From: an uncultured virus (IMG/VR IMGVR_UViG_2706794593_000002)
Lineage: Duplodnaviria > Heunggongvirae > Uroviricota > Caudoviricetes
Virus record (IMG/VR): IMGVR_UViG_2706794593_000002
DNA length: 32,543 nt
Direction: 5' to 3' (one strand)
Part shown: positions 10,319-17,946 of the stretch, in pieces
Position numbering within the stretch: the stretch's first letter is position 1
Layout of the letters: every line of letters starts with the position of its first letter
Notes under the pieces: model-generated
What the model was told of the DNA's origin: nothing
Seen by the model: the letters and a program-made list of their open reading frames with translations, nothing else
Databases searched by the model: none
Made by a program: the position numbers and the translations under genes

Positions 10319-10592
10319 TCTTGATTTTGATCGCCGGGCGCTAAAGGAATGGCATAAGCTCGGCGATACCGTACGCCAGCAATTTAAGAAAAAGCTGCTC
10401 GAAGTGATTAAAAATCCACGCGTTGAAGCCAATAGACTGCGCGACTTACCTGATTGTTACAAAATAAAACTACGCAGCGCCGGATACCGCCTGATTTATC
10501 AGGTGCAAGACGAAAAAATCACGGTTTTTGTGGTTGCCGTAGGTAAACGGGATCGTGAAGAAGCCTACAGTGAAGCTGGCAAGCGCGTCTGA
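10308..10592 (+). CDS. relE: RelE mRNA interferase toxin
   Basis: LDFD.RALKEW.KLG.TVR.Q.KKKL...DCYKIKLRS.GYRL.YQV...VGKR...YSEA matches E. coli RelE; overlaps relB. Confidence 0.92.
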   Translation: MTYNLDFDRRALKEWHKLGDTVRQQFKKKLLEVIKNPRVEANRLRDLPDCYKIKLRSAGYRLIYQVQDEKITVFVVAVGKRDREEAYSEAGKRV

Positions 10593-10602
10593 TTGTCAGT
10601 AT

Positions 10603-11619
10603 TCAATCCAACCCCGGCAATTTACCCTCTAACATCTGCTGTGCTTTCGAATAATCTTCTGGCGTGTAATTCACCTGGCTAATGGCACCACCATCAGGGC
10701 CGCTGATTTCGGTTTTATTTTTCAGCATACCCAAATGTTGCCCGACCATTTTTAGTGCGTCATCCTGATTACGGGTAATAACTTCTAAGCCAAACTTGCC
10801 TTGCTTAACACCGGCATAAAGGCGGCGTGCCGAAATCGATAAATCCCGCGAATCATGAAAATGCGCCCTGCCTTGCCCCTCACCATTACAACGTGGGCAA
10901 TCTGGATTGGGATCGAGCGTACTGTCAAAACCGTAACCGCCATCATCCAGTGGCGCAGGTTTTCCGTTATTAGTCCTTTTCTCTGACTCTTCCTGATATT
11001 CCTGCTCGTTAATCCACTGGTATTTATTTTCAATCCCCCAACAGTGGCGGCAACATAAACGACGAAACTCTGAAATTTCGTTGGCGTTGGCCGTGGCAAT
11101 ATCCCACCACCAATTTAAAACGGCATCCTGCGTGATATGCGTCCGTTTCTCTCTGGCTTCCATAGCATCGCGTATGGCTCTGTTTACCGATACATGGCGA
11201 TACAACCGACGGGCAGCAGCAGCACCGGTTAATCCCTCGCATTTATATCCTGCCCGTTTATAAGCAGCCGTCTTATCCAAATCAATTAAATACTCACTGA
11301 CGAATTTTGCCTGCATATCGTTAAGCCCGTATCTACTGGCGATAGAGCAGCTTTCTTCAATTTGATTTTCAATTGGTGAGCAATTTGAATCGATTTGGTT
11401 TTCAATCGGAGAAATTGATTTTTTATCTTTGGTTCGCAGGTTCGCACCGGAATTATGCGAACCTGTTTTGCGAACCTTTTCGGGCTTAGGCCATTCATCA
11501 GCTTTAGCCCTCTTCCGTATTGCAGTATCACTGACACCGTACTTTTCAGCTAATGCGCGAATTGAAAGTTGTCCGGCACAGTATTCGCGCTTTATCGCCT
11601 CCCAATCCGGCTTTTTCAT
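10603..11619 (-). CDS. terS: Terminase small subunit
   Basis: Start MKKPDWEAIK (11619). N-terminal HTH, KFVSEYLIDLD..AAY.RAGY core, Cys-rich insert (CCRHCWG, CPRCNG) and ALKMVGQHLGM. Confidence 0.85.
   Translation of the reverse strand: MKKPDWEAIKREYCAGQLSIRALAEKYGVSDTAIRKRAKADEWPKPEKVRKTGSHNSGANLRTKDKKSISPIENQIDSNCSPIENQIEESCSIASRYGLNDMQAKFVSEYLIDLDKTAAYKRAGYKCEGLTGAAAARRLYRHVSVNRAIRDAMEAREKRTHITQDAVLNWWWDIATANANEISEFRRLCCRHCWGIENKYQWINEQEYQEESEKRTNNGKPAPLDDGGYGFDSTLDPNPDCPRCNGEGQGRAHFHDSRDLSISARRLYAGVKQGKFGLEVITRNQDDALKMVGQHLGMLKNKTEISGPDGGAISQVNYTPEDYSKAQQMLEGKLPGLD
11431..11476. repeat. Four GGTTCGCA/TGCGAACC octamers inside terS
   Basis: GGTTCGCA at 11431 and 11439; its reverse complement TGCGAACC at 11456 and 11469. 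Confidence 0.75.
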
Positions 11620-11700
11620 TTTTCCCCACAAGATTAGTATCGAGTTGTTCACCAGTATATTCTGTTGGTTCCTACACCTAAGAACTAAGGATGTTCGACA

Positions 11701-12144
11701 ATGACTAACTATCAAAAACTATGGGTAACAATTCTCTCTAAAGTACGAAAAGCCAGAAATCTAGCTGACGTAGGATTAACCGATAACTTCAAAGAAGAAT
11801 GTGCTATCCGGCGCGCGGCACAAATATTCACTCTTGATGTATTACTTCACGAGTACAGAAAAAGCCTTGATGGGACTTTAGTTTCACTCAATGGTAAAAA
11901 TGCACTCTTGCATAAGCTTATGAATAAATACCACTGGACACCAGAGTTCATTAACTCAATGAATTTAGAACACACCTTTCTGGCGCTAGCTGATGAACTT
12001 CACCTGTCAAATCTATCTCCAGAAGCTCAAGAACCGCTATTGAGGATCGATATTCCTAATCCTCGCGTTGATTTTGGGGATTATTTGAGTACTGAGTGGG
12101 ATCCGAACATTGCTGAGTTACTCTTGAGAACGCAGCCTCAATAA
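11701..12144 (+). CDS. Phage-associated hypothetical protein (resembles ECs1072 family)
   Basis: 147 aa, AAGGA SD, opposite strand to the late operon. RA..IF.LD.LL..YR...L.GK.AL.H.....Y.W.P..I pattern recalled from that family. Confidence 0.6.
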   Translation: MTNYQKLWVTILSKVRKARNLADVGLTDNFKEECAIRRAAQIFTLDVLLHEYRKSLDGTLVSLNGKNALLHKLMNKYHWTPEFINSMNLEHTFLALADELHLSNLSPEAQEPLLRIDIPNPRVDFGDYLSTEWDPNIAELLLRTQPQ

Positions 12145-12307
12145 CTTCATTGCTTTTCATATGAAGTGCGGCTAGTTCTTCGTTCAAAGCAACTTGCCGC
12201 GCTTCATGAATTATTAGTGCTCCCAAAGCATGGGATTGTTGAGTTAGCCAGCTATAGAGTTCTTCCGTATTTAATTTTCCAGCATAAATATAGGGCTGAT
12301 CGTTCAT
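12056..12307 (-). CDS. Hypothetical protein
   Basis: 83-aa ORF with AAGGA SD. Its 3' end overlaps the 3' end of the convergent gene. Confidence 0.45.
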   Translation of the reverse strand: MNDQPYIYAGKLNTEELYSWLTQQSHALGALIIHEARQVALNEELAALHMKSNEVIEAAFSRVTQQCSDPTQYSNNPQNQRED

Positions 12308-12345
12308 ATCATTTTCCTTATAGATGAAATGACAGTAGGTAACTG

Positions 12346-12600
12346 TTATTGAGGTTTTAAATGCTCCAGCAAGAAAATCATGGCTCGCGTGTCGCCTTTC
12401 TTGGCTTTGATAAACAGAGAATTGGATATATCCGCTATCCCTTTGGCTTTTCCCCGGCGAACAGCCAGCCGGTAAAGCGAGATTGCTGATTTATCTCTTC
12501 TTAAATTATCAATGTCGATTTCCAGTGTGTCGGCTATCTGCTGTTCCGTTAATCCACGCCCTGCCAATGCCTCCACCTTATCTAGCGTCGGCTTATCCAT
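12346..12600 (-). CDS. Small HTH protein resembling a terminase small subunit N-terminus
   Basis: GLTEQQIADTLEI HTH, then AVRRGKAKG...SL..KA..GD..AMIFLL. Starts 2 nt after the mom-like stop. Confidence 0.6.
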   Translation of the reverse strand: MDKPTLDKVEALAGRGLTEQQIADTLEIDIDNLRRDKSAISLYRLAVRRGKAKGIADISNSLFIKAKKGDTRAMIFLLEHLKPQ

Positions 12601-12602
12601 CG

Positions 12603-13217
12603 TCAGGCCCTCTTGGGATAGGGTTTATGACGTGAAATCAGGATTTTTTTCATTTTCTTGTCGAGGGGCATCAGGTATTTATGCTTTCCTGACGTTTTAA
12701 ACTCTTGGGCGTTGGGGTCTAAATGCTGGCGAATTGATTCAAGGTTTTGCTTTACCCCCTTGGCAGAAACACTGCGCGGGTGGGTTTTCTTACCCTTGAT
12801 AATGAATGCACCCACCGTTCCTGCGCCAAATAGCCCCTCATATATCCAATTAGTGGCCTGATAAATTCCGCCATGATGATTTTGGTCTTTATCTGCATAA
12901 GAAACGATTAGCCGCAGACCGGGACAAACATCAGCGAGAAATTTAATCGCTTTCGCCAATATCTGACTAACTGGCGATAAATGCTGACGTAATGCCACAC
13001 GGGTAAGTTCGCAAACTTGATCCTGTTGCAAACTGTATGGTTGCCCGATGTGGTTATTGGCCCCACGGCTAAAAATAACGACGCCAATAAATTCCCCATC
13101 TTCCCATGCGCCCACTTTTACCAATTTTCCAACCGGTACCGCTTTCGCATAATGCCAGTTAAGGCAAGCAAAACTGGCAGCCTGATGAGTTGCCCAATCA
13201 ACAGTGAGTGTTGTCAT
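12603..13217 (-). CDS. mom: Mom-family adenine modification protein (GNAT-like)
   Basis: WHY, GV..F..G, ELTRVAL, LIVSYAD..Q.H.G.IYQATNW.Y.G motifs. ATG at 13217 overlaps the upstream stop (ATGA). Confidence 0.8.
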   Translation of the reverse strand: MTTLTVDWATHQAASFACLNWHYAKAVPVGKLVKVGAWEDGEFIGVVIFSRGANNHIGQPYSLQQDQVCELTRVALRQHLSPVSQILAKAIKFLADVCPGLRLIVSYADKDQNHHGGIYQATNWIYEGLFGAGTVGAFIIKGKKTHPRSVSAKGVKQNLESIRQHLDPNAQEFKTSGKHKYLMPLDKKMKKILISRHKPYPKRA

Positions 13218-13786
13218 AGGACACCCCCACAGTGTGGGCAAAGCTTGGCGTCAAGGTGGTCGAGCTTTCCCTGATCACTTTCGTTACCAGGTGGAAAATC
13301 GACATTCAACATTTGATCGATTTCTTCAGGCGAAAATCCAGTTAGACCAAGATCAAATTTTTCCGCCAATAAATCACTTAATTCCAAGGTTAAGAGGTCC
13401 TGATCCCATCCGGCATTAAGCGATAATTTATTATCGGCAAGGCGATAGGCTTTTTTCTCAGGCTCAGTTAACCCAGATAATGTGATGGTGGGGACTTGTT
13501 CAATACCCAACTGCTCTGCTGCCAGTAAACGACCATGACCAGCAATCACCTCTCCCCGCTCATCAATAAGGATCGGGGTTGTCCAACCGAACTGCTTAAT
13601 ACTCGCGGTAATTTCATCTACCTGCTCGACAGAGTGTGTTCTCGCGTTTTTTGCATAAACAATCAACGAATTGAGCGGTTTGTAGACTATCTCCAATTTT
13701 TTCTGATTTTTTACTATGGTCATTTTGCATGTTCCAACTATTATGACCCTGCTCTCGAGAGCAAGTGGGCCTTGGTTCGTACTCAT
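13214..13786 (-). CDS. ParB/Srx N-terminal domain protein
   Basis: NARTHS..Q...I.ASI..FGW..PILID....IAGHGRL.AA and Y.LADNKL...AGWD motifs; ends in CPHCG. Start at 13786 (AGGA SD) or 13723. Confidence 0.85.
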   Translation of the reverse strand: MSTNQGPLALESRVIIVGTCKMTIVKNQKKLEIVYKPLNSLIVYAKNARTHSVEQVDEITASIKQFGWTTPILIDERGEVIAGHGRLLAAEQLGIEQVPTITLSGLTEPEKKAYRLADNKLSLNAGWDQDLLTLELSDLLAEKFDLGLTGFSPEEIDQMLNVDFPPGNESDQGKLDHLDAKLCPHCGGVL

Positions 13787-13857
13787 GACCGATCCTGTGG
13801 GTATGAATGGCCGTTAGTAGCTCCAACTACTCGCGGTCGCCCACCTTCCTAAATAAA

Positions 13858-13954
13858 AAAACCACCAGCAACCATGCTCAGGGTGAGCGGAAGGTGTTAC
13901 TGATGGCTTTGTTTGCGCATTACATAACAGCCTCGCAAAGCTGCTGTGTAATGC
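13858..13954. other. Two stem-loops downstream of the lysis/moron region
   Basis: AAACCACCAGCAAC...GTTACTGATGGCTTT, and GCATTACA (13917)...TGTAATGC (13954). The second resembles hairpins commonly seen after lambdoid Rz genes. Confidence 0.5.
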
Positions 13955-14026
13955 CATAAACATCCGAAAGAACTATGGTGTCTACCCTAAATACTTTGAG
14001 TAAAGAATACAGTTGCTTGGCTATTT

Positions 14027-14593
14027 TTATAGTGTTTGGGATATTTTACGGGAAAGTTCCAATTTGAAATTTTGAGCTTTGTTAACTAGTGATTCATTAC
14101 ATTTAAGCAAATCTATTGCAGCATCTTGCTTACTAACTTTACCCATTACATATTCAAAATATTTTCTTAAGCCTAATTGGTAAATTTTAAGAATATCTTC
14201 TTTAAATGGTAAAAGCTCTGGGAAGTAGGCTGTTATTAATGTATCAAGCCTATCTAGAATGGCACCACTATTAGTGTTGATGAGTCGCTCTTTGACCTTG
14301 TCAGAAATAGCCCCGTCCTGTCCACCTACAGTATCGATTGTTGTCGCATTGACAACGGCTAAAAACTCATTAGACAGCGAAGATATCAATCCTATAGCCT
14401 CTTCACCCTTTTCAATAAATAATTGCCGATTTGATTTCCATCTCTCAGCTTGGAATAGCTCCTCTCTTTGTTGCTTATTTGCTTTATTATTGACAATAGC
14501 TCCGAGCAAAGCAAAACTACCAGCAACTATAGCCGCGAGGAGAGCCGCTGAAGCAGCGATTACCGCAGAAGCATTATTATTAAACCATTCCAT
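14027..14593 (-). CDS. AT-rich moron, hypothetical membrane-anchored protein
   Basis: 188 aa, AAGGAG SD, N-terminal hydrophobic helix AVIAASAALLAAIVAGSFALLGAIV. Visibly lower GC than the structural genes. Confidence 0.7.
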   Translation of the reverse strand: MEWFNNNASAVIAASAALLAAIVAGSFALLGAIVNNKANKQQREELFQAERWKSNRQLFIEKGEEAIGLISSLSNEFLAVVNATTIDTVGGQDGAISDKVKERLINTNSGAILDRLDTLITAYFPELLPFKEDILKIYQLGLRKYFEYVMGKVSKQDAAIDLLKCNESLVNKAQNFKLELSRKISQTL

Positions 14594-14773
14594 ATTTTCT
14601 CCTTTAAGGATATTAGAATACCTTTAGCACGGGTGATGAGTCAGGATGTCGTTGTTAAAGTGATGTGCTCTGATACTAAGCGCTATGTTTACCACCACAT
14701 AAAATAATGTAGGTTAAATGATGAGTTCAATGGTCACTCGGCAAAGCATAATATGTGCGTATGAAATAAGAGT

Positions 14774-15037
14774 CTAAGTTTTCTTAGCAACACTCTGTCG
14801 CCAGCCAATTACTTCATCTAACCGTCCCTTACAGATCCGCAACTCACGCTTTAGGATCAGTGCATATAATCCACTATCACCCCATGTAATACCAGAAAAC
14901 TCAGGTACTTCACATACAAATAATGCTGATTCTGGAGGTAGCAATAGAGGGCAAGTTGTGGCTGGACGTGGTACAGACTTACTCGCGCATGATGCTAATG
15001 CTAGCGTCAGGCATGCGCTGAATAGCACACTTATCAT
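14774..15037 (-). CDS. O-spanin (Rz1-like lipoprotein)
   Basis: Start MISVLFSACLTLALASC with lipobox LASC; Pro-rich segment; overlaps the 3' end of the Rz-like gene. Confidence 0.8.
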   Translation of the reverse strand: MISVLFSACLTLALASCASKSVPRPATTCPLLLPPESALFVCEVPEFSGITWGDSGLYALILKRELRICKGRLDEVIGWRQSVAKKT

Positions 15038-15311
15038 CTGACGACGCCGCCAGAAACCGCTTAAGCCGATCTTCACTTTCATTGCGTAGTTTCCTTTCTT
15101 TCTCTAGCTGGCGGGTTGTGGCTGCTCGGTTGGCGGCATCATTCACCTGGTATGCATCGATGATGTTGCCCAGTGCCGTGTTTGTGGCTTGCTCCGCCAC
15201 CAGCTTTGCTTCCGTTTTTTTGACCTGATTTGAGAGGCGATAACTGTTAAAGAACAGAGCCGACACAACCATCACCAGCACAGTAATAACTAGTCCAATG
15301 ACCTTATTCAT
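14979..15311 (-). CDS. I-spanin (Rz-like, DUF2570-type)
   Basis: N-terminal TM helix, coiled coil and C-terminal D.CA...P; follows the endolysin. Confidence 0.8.
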   Translation of the reverse strand: MNKVIGLVITVLVMVVSALFFNSYRLSNQVKKTEAKLVAEQATNTALGNIIDAYQVNDAANRAATTRQLEKERKLRNESEDRLKRFLAASSDDKCAIQRMPDASISIMRE

Positions 15312-15834
15312 CCAGCCCCCAACAGACCAGTTCGCTTTCCTGCGCGCGGCGTTCTATCTGTCCGTAACAGTTATTTGAGCGGATATTGCAATCTTTACCG
15401 CCGTCATATACCCAGCGTTTGATTTCAGAGCATGCGCCTTTGCGGTCGCCAGCATTGAGTTTCCGGTAAAAGGTGGAAGTAAAACACTTGCCTGGGCCGA
15501 TGTTATAGGGGCAAAACGAAGCGATACCGGCAATCTGTGGTTCAGTCAGCGGTACCCGGACATTTTTATTTACCCAACTGATGGCCTTGTCAGCCTCCAA
15601 CTTATTCACCGCAGCACATTTCTCCGCTGACAGCTTCATCCCTTTCACTACCGGTTTGCCATCAACTACTGTGGCACCACGGCAAATAGTCCAAACCCCC
15701 TTCCCATCTGGATAAGCTGAAAGCAGGTTACCCTCTTTCTCATCCAAAAGCTGATCAAGAATTATTGTGGCCGGTGCTGCAACCATAACCAGAGCCAGGA
15801 CTACCGAACTTAATTTGCTTTTTGTCGAGGCCAT
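15304..15834 (-). CDS. SAR endolysin (GH24 lysozyme, phage 21 R-like)
   Basis: N-terminal weakly hydrophobic SAR segment; catalytic E-x8-D-x5-T (EGNLLSAYPDGKGVWT); FCPYNIG motif. Confidence 0.9.
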   Translation of the reverse strand: MASTKSKLSSVVLALVMVAAPATIILDQLLDEKEGNLLSAYPDGKGVWTICRGATVVDGKPVVKGMKLSAEKCAAVNKLEADKAISWVNKNVRVPLTEPQIAGIASFCPYNIGPGKCFTSTFYRKLNAGDRKGACSEIKRWVYDGGKDCNIRSNNCYGQIERRAQESELVCWGLDE

Positions 15835-16049
15835 CACTCACCATCCGGTTTATAGCCGTGGCGTCTGTCCCAAATTTTCACGCCTGCATTGAGCAAAAAT
15901 GTCAGGGCCATAAAAAACAAAGAGCCAAGTACGCCAATAACCGTCCACTCATCAGGTGTGAATCCAGCAATCAGCTCTTTAACCCAGAAAATAAAACTAC
16001 CACCCGACACGGTATAGGAGACCGCTGTTGTTATATTGCTCATTTTCAT
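15834..16049 (-). CDS. Class II holin/pinholin with dual start
   Basis: 71 aa from ATG 16049 (M-K-M-SNITTAVSY), two hydrophobic segments (P.EW..IGVLGSL...LTFL.N) like phage 21 S; GGGAGGGGGAG SD. Confidence 0.85.
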   Translation of the reverse strand: MKMSNITTAVSYTVSGGSFIFWVKELIAGFTPDEWTVIGVLGSLFFMALTFLLNAGVKIWDRRHGYKPDGE

Positions 16050-16142
16050 CGTCTCCCCCTCCCTGATGGGTTGGGTGTGAAGCAAAAAGAAAATGCGCCA
16101 CAATCACATGATAATCATACTTATTGCAGATTATTTAGGCGC

Positions 16143-16250
16143 AAAAACGACAAAACCCCGCAAAAAACGAGGTTTTCTGAATTGTGTAAGCTACGTGACT
16201 AAGTAACCACTCTTATCACAGTACCTACTTTTTTGCGTACGCGTTAATAA
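16143..16250 (-). promoter_or_regulatory. Probable late promoter pR'/qut and terminator tR'
   Basis: Minus strand AACGCGTACGCAAAAAA...TAAGAGTGGTTACTTAG resembles the block that usually follows this Q family. It is followed by the hairpin AAAACCTCG-N6-GCGGGGTTTT and T-rich sequence before the holin. Confidence 0.55.
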
Positions 16251-16323
16251 TTAAGATAGAAAAAATACTGATGCATAGGTATTCTCATATAGTTACAAAA
16301 AACTAATTGTTAAGGATGATGTA

Positions 16324-17943
16324 ATGCTTACCTCTCTTGGTGTTAAAAATCTAAGAAGTTTTACTTCACGTGCTAATTTTTTAATAAAACCTATTACTGT
16401 ATTTGTTGGTAAGAATAGTAGCGGGAAAAGTTCGTTATTACGTGTATTCCCCCTGATGAGGCAATCATTCGAAGCTAATACAACAGGTCCTATACTTTGG
16501 TATGGTCGCCTTGTCGACTTCGGTGATTTTGAGGAGGCTATTTCAAAAGGGACTAAAAATAAAAATATCTCTTTTTATTTTGGTTTAAAAATAAATGAAT
16601 ATCGCACACGCCGAACTACAAGTGGTAGATATATTGATGATGACTTCGGAATTGAAAATAAAGAAATAGAAGTCAATGTTGAGCTTGTTGTTTCTTCATT
16701 AGACAAAAAAAGCCTTACAAAAGAGATAATAATAAAGGTTGAAGATACAACTTTAAAGTTAATTTTTAACGAGGATGCAACGAAAGCTACATTTGTAGCT
16801 TCTAATACAGGATTTACATATAAAAAGAACCTTACTCTTCAACAAAATAGCACAAAATTCCTTCCTAATATAGCCAGCCTAGAGTCCTTTGATCTTGAGT
16901 ATGATGACTTAAAAAATAGTGATGACCCACTAAAGTGGGCAACTGGTAGAGGCCATTTGCAGAGCAAAGCAATCATGGGGCAGCGGAGGTTTTCACAAGA
17001 ATTAGCATCAGATGCTGCTGTAGCAATTAAAAATTATTTCCATAAAAATACTAACTTAGGAACCATTTCCCCTTCAATACGAGGTTTTAGATTTGTCAGT
17101 AAAAAAAATATAACATCTACCTTGAAGTATGTTTTTGCAGAGCAAAAACACTTCATTAATAATATGAATGATAACCAATTATCTGATGTTATTGCTGAGA
17201 CACTTCAATCAATACTTTTAATTAAAAATTATAATATCTTAGCGGACAATATTAACGAAAGTTTAAAGAATAGTTTTGAGTCAATTAAATACCTGGCTCC
17301 AATTAGAGCAAGTACGGAAAGATTTTATAGATTTCAAGATTTACAAGTAATTGAAATGGACCATACTGGTTCAAACTTAGCGATGATATTAAATTCATTC
17401 TCAAATGAAGTTAACAATAACTTTCAAGCGTGGATTAAGCAAAATTTCGGTTTTAATGTTACAATTGAAAAAGCTGGTGGTCATTATGCAATAATGATTA
17501 AAAATGAAAACGATGATACTAATCATAATATTAGTGATATGGGTTTTGGTTACTCACAAGTTTTACCTATAATATTATCTATATGGCTTGAAACGCAAAA
17601 GAATAACAAAGACAATATTGAAACAATTTTTGTTATTGAACAACCAGAATTACATCTTCATCCAGCATATCAGACTAAGCTAGCTGTATTATTTGCAAAA
17701 ATAATTGAGTTATCTAAAGAAAACTCGAGCAACATAAAAATAATATTTGAAACTCACAGTCAGCAAATGGTTGATGCATTTGGTGATTGCATTGAGAATT
17801 CGGAAATTAATTTTAATAAAGAAGATGTATCGATATTAATATTTGATAAAAAAAATGAGACTGGTACATCCATAGATGAAGCGAGCTTTGATGACCAAGG
17901 TTATTTTGAAAACTGGCCAATCGGGTTCTTTTCTGGGAAATGA
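16324..17943 (+). CDS. ABC/AAA_15-type ATPase with DUF3696-like C-terminus, putative defence component
   Basis: Walker A GKNSSGKSS, signature DMGFGYSQ, Walker B/D-loop IEQPELHLHP, H-loop ETHS, C-terminal G..NWP.GFF; strongly AT-rich. Confidence 0.85.
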   Translation: MLTSLGVKNLRSFTSRANFLIKPITVFVGKNSSGKSSLLRVFPLMRQSFEANTTGPILWYGRLVDFGDFEEAISKGTKNKNISFYFGLKINEYRTRRTTSGRYIDDDFGIENKEIEVNVELVVSSLDKKSLTKEIIIKVEDTTLKLIFNEDATKATFVASNTGFTYKKNLTLQQNSTKFLPNIASLESFDLEYDDLKNSDDPLKWATGRGHLQSKAIMGQRRFSQELASDAAVAIKNYFHKNTNLGTISPSIRGFRFVSKKNITSTLKYVFAEQKHFINNMNDNQLSDVIAETLQSILLIKNYNILADNINESLKNSFESIKYLAPIRASTERFYRFQDLQVIEMDHTGSNLAMILNSFSNEVNNNFQAWIKQNFGFNVTIEKAGGHYAIMIKNENDDTNHNISDMGFGYSQVLPIILSIWLETQKNNKDNIETIFVIEQPELHLHPAYQTKLAVLFAKIIELSKENSSNIKIIFETHSQQMVDAFGDCIENSEINFNKEDVSILIFDKKNETGTSIDEASFDDQGYFENWPIGFFSGK

Positions 17944-17946
17944 TTC

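Noticed and set aside
16050..16323. tRNA genes between Q and the lysis genes, common in lambdoid phages
   Set aside because: No cloverleaf or TTC-loop/CCA pattern seen.
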